Under the pieces are notes generated by a model that did no database searches, was not told the origin of the DNA, and saw nothing but the letters and a program-made list of their open reading frames with translations. This document shows, in pieces, positions 57,357-64,000 of a DNA stretch of 64,000 bases (the stretch's first letter is position 1; every line of letters begins with the position of its first letter). Made by a program: the position numbers and the translations under genes. The stretch covers positions 4,032,001 to 4,096,000 of the forward strand of contig OY730476.1 of NCBI GenBank assembly GCA_963422735.1, in the 5' to 3' direction. The DNA is from Candidatus Latescibacterota bacterium (GTDB lineage Bacteria; Latescibacterota; UBA2968; UBA8231).

Positions 57357-58364
57357 TTAATCCCACTCCGCCTCAACCCCCAACTCGCGCCCGCACGCCG
57401 CTAGCCTTTCCAAGTCATCCAAGTCTATCGGCAGCCCTTCGCGGGCGTATTCCTCGCTCTTGCGGTGCTCAATGGTGCCAGGCAGGGTCGCCTCGTCGTA
57501 GCCGCGCACAGGTTCCATGGTCTCGCGGACGCCGCGCACGAGAGTGTCAACGCCAGCGCGGAAGGTGTCGGGTGGGGCAAACGCGCCGATGTCCATGACT
57601 ATGATCAGGCCGCCATTGCCAGCGCGGGGCCACCGCTGGGCAACGGCCCGAGCGCGGTCGCTATTCTGGCCGACGAAGGCCCCGCCCAGCGTCAGCGCCG
57701 AGCCGGTGTAGCCCATCGACTTGAAGAAAGCCGGCGGGATCAGCTCCTGTAAGGCGTCGTATTCGGGACCGCGGTGGTAGTCGGCGAGGATGCAGGTGGC
57801 CGCGTCGAGGACCAGCGGCGGCTCTTCTTCTGACGGAAAGCCAAAGCAGAGCGGCGGGTTGCCCCAGTAGGCAGACTGCTGGCCACGGTTGCCGCCGCCC
57901 TCGCCGAAGTAATTGGGATGGTGTCCCTGAACTGAAAAGGCACAGCAGCCCTCCTGCATGGCGCGGCGCACGTAATGCCCGGCCGAGCCGTAGTGCCCGA
58001 GGTGGCAAGCTGCACCGAGGGCAACCTTGTATTGCTTGGCTTTCTCAATGGCCTTTTCGGTGGCCAGCATCATCGGCGCGTAGCCCAAGCCACCATCGCC
58101 GTCGATGAGGACCGTGGTCTCGGTATCTTGCAGCACGCGCAAATCGGGGTTGGGATTGACCGTGCCATCGCGGAGGCTGGCGCAATAGCCAACCATGGCG
58201 CGAGTACCGTGCGAGCGCACGCCGCGCAGGTCGGAGTTGGACAACAGCTCGGCTAGCTGATCGGCGTGGTCGGCGCGCAGCCCGGCGGCCTTGAGACAGT
58301 CGGCGGTAAAGGAGCGCAGCGCGGCGACGGGTATGCGCTTGCATTCTGCGGGGGGGCGATTCAT
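57357..58364 (-). CDS. Ldh_2 family oxidoreductase (malate/L-lactate/sulfolactate dehydrogenase type 2)
   Basis: DLRGVRSHG, DGDGGLG, HYGSAGHY, GNPP, LPG..E. Confidence 0.88.
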   Translation of the reverse strand: MNRPPAECKRIPVAALRSFTADCLKAAGLRADHADQLAELLSNSDLRGVRSHGTRAMVGYCASLRDGTVNPNPDLRVLQDTETTVLIDGDGGLGYAPMMLATEKAIEKAKQYKVALGAACHLGHYGSAGHYVRRAMQEGCCAFSVQGHHPNYFGEGGGNRGQQSAYWGNPPLCFGFPSEEEPPLVLDAATCILADYHRGPEYDALQELIPPAFFKSMGYTGSALTLGGAFVGQNSDRARAVAQRWPRAGNGGLIIVMDIGAFAPPDTFRAGVDTLVRGVRETMEPVRGYDEATLPGTIEHRKSEEYAREGLPIDLDDLERLAACGRELGVEAEWD

Positions 58365-58401
58365 AGAGAGTCCTCGAGGTTAGAATTTGCTTGCACGGCC
58401 T

Positions 58402-59466
58402 TCAGACGAGGGCCTCTCGGAGAAAGTCGTAGGCGCGGGCACCGCTGATCTGGTGGCGGCCCGAGAAAATGTCGGCTTCCACCCGCTGGTGTGCTGAGAA
58501 AACACCATATACCCGGCGCGCTTTGGTCAAGCTGGAGCGCACGGCGGCAAGGGGGAAGATGGGGTCGTGAGTGCCGGCTTCCACCAGCAAGGGTCGCGGG
58601 GCGATAAGGCCGACTAGATCGTACATTTCGCCGAATTCAGCTAGGCCCGGCACAAAATTGCAAGGGCAGTGTGACATGGCCAGAATGCTGTGCTGGAAGG
58701 TCGAGTAGTAGCCGCTGACCACGCAGGCGCGGATGCGCTCGTCCATGCAGGTGGAGAAGAAGGTGTGCATGCCGCCGCCCGAAATGCCCATGGCCCCGAG
58801 GCGACTGGTGTCGAACTCGGGGCGGGTTTCCAAGTAATTGACCAAGCGCAGGCCATCGCGTACGCGGATGCCGACCACCGAAGTGCCCAAGTGGAAGGCG
58901 AGCATGGCCATATGGGTACAGGTCGAAGGTGCTCCTTGGCCGCGTTCCAGATAGGAGAAATCGGTCTGGCGTTCGCCAAAGCCCGAAATTTCTGGGGCGG
59001 CCACGGCAAAGCCAGCGCGGCATAGAGCCACGCCAAAGTCTTTGTGGTAGCCATCGGGTTCGTCGCGTTCGCCGCCATCCTCCCACAAACCGACAATGTC
59101 TTTTACGCCGTACCCGTGGCCATGGAAAGCCACGACCGTGGGCAAGGGGCCATTGGCACCTTTGGGCAGCAGGATGTACACTGGCATCTGCGCATGGAGA
59201 CCGGTGCGCAGGATTATTTTTTGCCGCGTATAATCGCCTTTGTCGATCTCTTCTACTTGGCTCGGGGCCAAGTCCGTCTCGTTGCCGGTCGCTAGTCCCA
59301 AATGATTGGCTAAGGCGCGTCGCGTCGTCTTTTGCCAGCGTCGCGCTTGGGCCGGATTTTCGGCTTTAAAAGCGCGGGGCGCTGCCGCCGGGTCGTACTG
59401 TTTCCACAGCGAGGTCGCCGGTTGCAGTGGTTTTAGGGTGCGATTGTCGAGTATTTTGGAGGCCAT
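58402..59466 (-). CDS. Alpha/beta hydrolase (dienelactone hydrolase/acetylxylan esterase-like)
   Basis: HGHG, GISGGG nucleophile elbow, HCPCNFVPG, LIAPRP. Confidence 0.85.
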   Translation of the reverse strand: MASKILDNRTLKPLQPATSLWKQYDPAAAPRAFKAENPAQARRWQKTTRRALANHLGLATGNETDLAPSQVEEIDKGDYTRQKIILRTGLHAQMPVYILLPKGANGPLPTVVAFHGHGYGVKDIVGLWEDGGERDEPDGYHKDFGVALCRAGFAVAAPEISGFGERQTDFSYLERGQGAPSTCTHMAMLAFHLGTSVVGIRVRDGLRLVNYLETRPEFDTSRLGAMGISGGGMHTFFSTCMDERIRACVVSGYYSTFQHSILAMSHCPCNFVPGLAEFGEMYDLVGLIAPRPLLVEAGTHDPIFPLAAVRSSLTKARRVYGVFSAHQRVEADIFSGRHQISGARAYDFLREALV

Positions 59467-59499
59467 AAAGGACCCTAAGGGTGAAGCGACCGAGTGGCG

Positions 59500-60744
59500 C
59501 TAAACACCACTCATCACTAATTCCCCAACGACCTGCACCATTACTTGGTCGCCAGCCTCAACGCGCTGGTGGGGTTCAAGAACGACGAAGCTGTTGGCGT
59601 TGAGCATGGAGCTGATTATGTGCGAGCCTTGGCTACGGGCGAGGCGCACCCAGAGCTGGCCATCTTGGTAGCGCAAGGTGGCGCGCATGTACTGGCGGCG
59701 GTCGCCGTCGTTGTCGCAGGGGCTTTCCACTCGGGCGTGCGCCTCGGGCAAAAACCACGCCGATTGCGGATAGCCTGCGGCCTTGCGGATGGCTGGGCGC
59801 ACGAACTGAAGAAAGGACATCATGCTCGATACTGGGTTGCCGGGCAGGCCGAAGTACGGCACGCCGCCGACCGTGCAGAAGACCAGCGGCTTGCCTGGTT
59901 TCATGGCCACGCGCCAGAAGATCGTCTCGGCCCCCAAGTCGTCGAGGACCTTTTTGACGAAGTCGTATTCGCCGACCGAGACGCCGCCCGAGGAGACGGC
60001 GAAGTCAGCGCGGATCGCGGCCTCGATGGTGGCGCGGATTGCGGCCTCGTCGTCCGGTACTGTGGGCAGCATGACCGGTTCGGCTCCGTGGGCGCGGCAA
60101 AAGGCGGCTAGGGCGCACGTATTGCTGTTGACGATCTGCCCTTCTCCGGGCGTCTCTTCGATCTCGACTAGCTCGTCGCCGGTGGAGAGGATGGCGACGC
60201 GCGGTCGCCGATACACTGAGACGAAGCTCTGCTGCACAGCGGCGAGCACGGCCAGTTCGCCGGGGCTGCACTCGGTACCGGCCTTGATGATTGGCTCGCC
60301 GCAGCGCATGTCCTCGCCACGCCGGCGAATGTGTGCACCGCGCTCTTCAACAGTGAGGATCTCGACCCCCTGTCCGGTGGGGCGGGTGTCCTCTACTGGG
60401 GCGATGGTGTCGGCTCCGGCGGGCACGGCCGCACCCGTCATAATGCGGCTGGCTTGGCCGGAGCCAACCGCTTTTTGCGGCACCTTACCGGCTGGTATGT
60501 CTTCAATGACTTCCAAGGCTACGTCCGCATCGCCCCTCGCTGCGGCTACGTCCGCATGGCGCACGGCATAGCCGTCCATGGCCGAATTGTCGCAGGGTGG
60601 ATTGTCGCGGCGCGCCAACACGTCTTGGGCGAGTACGCGGCCGGTGGCGTCGAGCAGAGAGACGCGCTCGGGGCCGAGGACTTTCACGTACTCAAGGACG
60701 ATGGCGCGGGCTTCTTCTGGAGTGAGCATCTGGTCGAGGGGCAT
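59500..60744 (-). CDS. moeA: Molybdopterin molybdotransferase
   Basis: SAMDGYA, RIMTGA, STGDEL, SGGVSVG, MKPGKP, LPGNPVS. Confidence 0.96.
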   Translation of the reverse strand: MPLDQMLTPEEARAIVLEYVKVLGPERVSLLDATGRVLAQDVLARRDNPPCDNSAMDGYAVRHADVAAARGDADVALEVIEDIPAGKVPQKAVGSGQASRIMTGAAVPAGADTIAPVEDTRPTGQGVEILTVEERGAHIRRRGEDMRCGEPIIKAGTECSPGELAVLAAVQQSFVSVYRRPRVAILSTGDELVEIEETPGEGQIVNSNTCALAAFCRAHGAEPVMLPTVPDDEAAIRATIEAAIRADFAVSSGGVSVGEYDFVKKVLDDLGAETIFWRVAMKPGKPLVFCTVGGVPYFGLPGNPVSSMMSFLQFVRPAIRKAAGYPQSAWFLPEAHARVESPCDNDGDRRQYMRATLRYQDGQLWVRLARSQGSHIISSMLNANSFVVLEPHQRVEAGDQVMVQVVGELVMSGV

Positions 60745-60957
60745 ATCGGGTATCTATGGCTCCTTATTTATGTAGGCGACAGAAGATACGGCAGAACGAC
60801 GGCGATACAAATCCCTCGCGGCTGTACGTCGAGTTCAACATGACGCTCAACCAGCGGCAGCGTCTGGGTGGTCGTGCTATGTGTATTTGCTACGAGAGTT
60901 GGCGCGGATTTTGCGCTTGTGGATCGATAGGGCGGAGGTTGGTGCAGAGGGTGCGAA

Positions 60958-60983
60958 AGGGGCGGCTTGCGAACCGCCCCTAC
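60958..60983 (-). repeat. GTAG-type REP palindrome
   Basis: Minus strand GTAGGGGCGGTTCGCAAGCCGCCCCT. Confidence 0.7.
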
Positions 60984-60996
60984 AGACGAGGCACGA

Positions 60997-61992
60997 TTAA
61001 CGGGGCAGCGATTTGATCTGTCCCCACGATCGGGCCTCTACACTCGTGGCGGAAGGGACGACAGGTTGCCAAGCGGGATGATCTCCGCCCAAGCCGTTGG
61101 TCAATTCGACCAAATTGCTCCCGTCTATATCAACGGCCCAAATGAGATCGGAGAAATGAGAGAAGGCGATTCTCATGCTGTTGGGTGCCCAAACAGGGCG
61201 AGCTATCCATGTGTCGTCGGACACGCACACACCGTCCTGGTCAGACCAAACGGTAGCAAATGGGGGTGTGGACTCGCGTACGCACAGACTGCTCTGGTGT
61301 AGGTCAGGTAGAGGGATAACCTCGATTCCACTGATACGCCGAAGAAAAACCGCGGGATCGGCTCCACCAATAGGCCAACGAAAAACCGAGGACTCCTCTT
61401 CCCTAACATCGCTGATGTAGAGGCGGGCGAGATTCTCTTCGTCCCCTTTTTCCCGCAGCGCGACGACTGCTTCTTTGGTCCCGTCCGGGGAACGACCGAA
61501 GTAGCGGTAGTGGGGGACCTCTCCCCAGTCCACGGGCGAGGAGCCACTGCCGTCCAGTGCCATAACAAACATATCAGGGCCGTCCTTCAGATCGTCCGTA
61601 TCCAGTTCCTCAATAGCCCTATAAGCCCTATAGTAAATGCTATGCCCGTCTTCAGACCACGAAACTGATATTTTATCGACTGAATCGTCTGTTAGCTGCT
61701 GCGGATTGCCGACGGCGGCATCCATCAACCAAATCTCCCCACCGTACTGATCATCGTCAAAAACGCCGCCGATATAGGCGATCTTCGTGCCATCCGGAGA
61801 CCAAGCTGGGCTAGCGCAATGCTGTCCTTGGGTCAAGTTTACGGGATCGCTCCCGTCCGCATTCATAATCCACACGTCATTGTGTCCCTCGCGGAAGGAG
61901 GTAAACGCTATTTTACCCTCTGCTTGCCCCCAACCAGCGACAGCTAGCCCCAGCGTTGCCAAGCAGACGATTAGCATGGACCAATAGCTCAT
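60997..61992 (-). CDS. Secreted TolB-like (PD40) beta-propeller protein with C-terminal TSVEARSWGQIK motif
   Basis: Signal peptide; KIAFTSFREG, PAWSPDGTKIAY, WAPNSMRIAF. Confidence 0.8.
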   Translation of the reverse strand: MSYWSMLIVCLATLGLAVAGWGQAEGKIAFTSFREGHNDVWIMNADGSDPVNLTQGQHCASPAWSPDGTKIAYIGGVFDDDQYGGEIWLMDAAVGNPQQLTDDSVDKISVSWSEDGHSIYYRAYRAIEELDTDDLKDGPDMFVMALDGSGSSPVDWGEVPHYRYFGRSPDGTKEAVVALREKGDEENLARLYISDVREEESSVFRWPIGGADPAVFLRRISGIEVIPLPDLHQSSLCVRESTPPFATVWSDQDGVCVSDDTWIARPVWAPNSMRIAFSHFSDLIWAVDIDGSNLVELTNGLGGDHPAWQPVVPSATSVEARSWGQIKSLPR

Positions 61993-62115
61993 AACGCGGC
62001 TCCTTTCAGAAGGTTGTGCATAGGGCAAAAAGTTATAGAATTATGTTGTAGAGTATATGATGTGGGTTTTATACCGAAAAGCAAGCATATTGGTTCCCGC
62101 TATTTTAGCGGCGCA

Positions 62116-62928
62116 CTAGACAAAATTGACGAAATCGTGGCGCACCCATAGCAGATTGATCAGCCCCAGCACAAACCCCGCGATTACCAGCCATTTAAGA
62201 CGACGACCATGCCAGCGGCCAATGCCGCGCACATAGAGATAGATGCCAAAGACGAACCACGTCGGCAGGGCCAGCCAGATTTTGGCATCCGCGCCCGCGA
62301 GATATTCGCCCGGCGCACCAAAGAGCCAAATCGCGCCCATTCCCAAGCCCAAGGTAAAGAGCGAAAAACCCCCGCCGGCAAAGCGAAAGGTCGCCGCGGC
62401 AGCCGTGTCGAGCGCGGGCAGATAGCTGTTGAGTCGGCCCTTTTTCAGGGCTTGGTGTTGGACGAGGTAGCCGACCGCCGAGCAGAACGCCAGCGCGAAG
62501 CCCACGTGCCCGAGCAAGGTCAGCACCACGTGGATGCCGAGGAAGGGATATTCCACTAGGATCGACTCGGCCTCCTCAAAGCGGATGGGCAGCAGCAGCG
62601 GATAAAGCAGGCCGAGAAAGGCGAGGGGCGCAGTCAGCAGCCCGAGATGGCGAATACGCCCATAGCGCTCGCCGAGCAAGCCCGCGACGACCAAGGCCAT
62701 GACCAGCGAGGCGATGACTACTAACATGTTGGCAAAGAGGGCTTGGCCGGAAAGCGCGAAGTGCAGCACTATGCTGACTCCGTGTACGGCCAGTCCCAAC
62801 TTCAGGCTCCTGCGCCCCAGCGCGTCCCAGCCGCTCTTGTGCCAGAGGAAGTGCCCTTGAAACAGCAGCGCGGCAACCAAATAGAACGCCAAGGCAGCGA
62901 CGAGGGAGACCATGCAGAATATCGTCAC
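62116..62928 (-). CDS. Cytochrome c assembly protein CcsA/HemX-like membrane protein
   Basis: About 8 TM helices; IHVVL, LPALD, DAK; coupled to hemA. Confidence 0.8.
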   Translation of the reverse strand: MTIFCMVSLVAALAFYLVAALLFQGHFLWHKSGWDALGRRSLKLGLAVHGVSIVLHFALSGQALFANMLVVIASLVMALVVAGLLGERYGRIRHLGLLTAPLAFLGLLYPLLLPIRFEEAESILVEYPFLGIHVVLTLLGHVGFALAFCSAVGYLVQHQALKKGRLNSYLPALDTAAAATFRFAGGGFSLFTLGLGMGAIWLFGAPGEYLAGADAKIWLALPTWFVFGIYLYVRGIGRWHGRRLKWLVIAGFVLGLINLLWVRHDFVNFV

Positions 62929-64000
62929 GGCTCTTCCTCCTCGGACTCGTCGTCGAGCCGGAAGAGGCGGCGCACCGTATCGAGACGGACATATCCCTCG
63001 TCGTCATTGGCGAATTCGCGGATCTGTACGAGCGGATCGTGCAGGAGCTTGTTGGCGTAACCGCGCAAGATGCCCTCGACGAGCTGGCGCTCAGCCGCGT
63101 CGAGAGGGCCGAGCTGGGCAGCCCAGCGCGCGAGTTCCTGCTCTTGGAGGTGAGCGGCGCGCTGGTGCAAAGCGCGGATTAGCGGACCGGTGCCCAAGGC
63201 GTTGAACCAGTGCAAAAATTCCTTTAGCTCGTGGTCGATAATGTCCTGTACGCAACGTATCTCTCCCTCGCGCTCTTGGCGGTTGGCAGCAACGACTTGT
63301 TCGAGATTGTCCACGTCGAACAGAAAGATGTTGTCGATGTCGCGTGCGGCTGGGTCGATGTCGCGCGGCACGGCAATGTCGATGAGGAACAGCGGGCGTC
63401 CTCGGCGTTGCTCCATGGCCCGGCGCAAGTCGGTGGGCCGGATGACGTAGTCCGCAGCCGCAGTCGCCGAGATGACGATGTCAACGGCGGCAAGCCGAGC
63501 GGCTAGTTCCGCAAAGGGCACGGACTCGCCGCCCAAGTGGCTGGCCAGCGACTGGGCACGGGCAAAAGTGCGGCTGCTTATCAACAGCCGCTCGACGCCG
63601 GAGTCGATCAAGTACTGGGCAGTGAGTGTGCCCATCTCGCCAGCGCCGACTAAGAGCGCACAGCAGCCCGTCAGGTTTTCAAAGACTTGGCCGGCCAGTT
63701 CTACAGCGGCCGTGCTAATCGACAGCCGGCCACGGCCAATATCGGTTTCGGCGCGTGCGCGCTTGCCCACGCGCAGCGCGCGCTGGAAAAGCTCGTTGAG
63801 CAACAGGCGCGCCGAGCCGTTTTGTTGGGCCATTTCCAGCGCACGGCGCACTTGCCCGAGTATCTGGGACTCGCCGACGACGAGGGAGTCAATGCCGCTG
63901 GCAACGCGAAAAAGGTGAACGGCAGCATCTGAGTCATTGAGCTGGTAAAAGTGGGGTTCAAGTGCCTCGACATCTACACCTTGGCATTCGGCGAGGAAGC
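62925..64000 (-). CDS. hemA: Glutamyl-tRNA reductase (5' end beyond the window)
   Basis: VASGIDSLVVGESQILGQV, GAGEMG, DIAVPRD, KLLHDP. Confidence 0.96.
   Translation of the reverse strand, partial: FLAECQGVDVEALEPHFYQLNDSDAAVHLFRVASGIDSLVVGESQILGQVRRALEMAQQNGSARLLLNELFQRALRVGKRARAETDIGRGRLSISTAAVELAGQVFENLTGCCALLVGAGEMGTLTAQYLIDSGVERLLISSRTFARAQSLASHLGGESVPFAELAARLAAVDIVISATAAADYVIRPTDLRRAMEQRRGRPLFLIDIAVPRDIDPAARDIDNIFLFDVDNLEQVVAANRQEREGEIRCVQDIIDHELKEFLHWFNALGTGPLIRALHQRAAHLQEQELARWAAQLGPLDAAERQLVEGILRGYANKLLHDPLVQIREFANDDEGYVRLDTVRRLFRLDDESEEEEP

Noticed and set aside
60745-60955. Possible Moco riboswitch upstream of moeA
   Set aside because: No recognisable conserved motif by eye; an Infernal scan would be needed
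54-63973. Numerous long antisense or alternate-frame ORFs in the track
   Set aside because: Shadow ORFs expected in high-GC DNA; they overlap well-supported genes and lack motifs

Overview
GC-rich bacterial chromosomal window with dense coding. It resembles Latescibacterota/Gemmatimonadota/Poribacteria-type genomes; this is an inference from the FlgD-like and 'SWGxIK' C-termini, the futalosine pathway and the many sugar-acid, sulfatase and PhyH genes. Housekeeping genes: purM, hisS, clpP, mutM, moeA, hemA (partial), mqnB-mqnD, a precorrin-2 dehydrogenase and a ccsA/hemX-like gene. Catabolic genes include Gfo/Idh/MocA, TIM-barrel isomerases, enolase-superfamily enzymes, a sulfatase and an anaerobic sulfatase maturase. 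There is also an MFP + two-RND-permease operon and a type II R-M pair. Several defence/TA loci are decayed: a collapsed type I R-M, a frameshifted Dam-type MTase, Uma2, and a MazF/AAA/ADP-ribosylglycohydrolase/HigA/AAA_14 patchwork. No rRNA, tRNA, CRISPR array or intact transposase was recognised. Best candidates for undescribed biology: (1) a small membrane-protein gene whose promoter carries a perfect GAAC-N4-GTTC (LexA-type) palindrome, a possible new SOS effector; (2) two ~10-unit (AACCACT)n heptamer tracts plus a degenerate inverted version; (3) a triple-DUF5069 protein translationally coupled to a C26 glutamine amidotransferase; (4) a GH26-like lipoprotein apparently lacking both catalytic glutamates; (5) an RND permease with two large insertions; (6) archaeal-lipid-like DGGGP synthase and G1PDH homologues. 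All family assignments come from motif recognition by eye; no searches were run.
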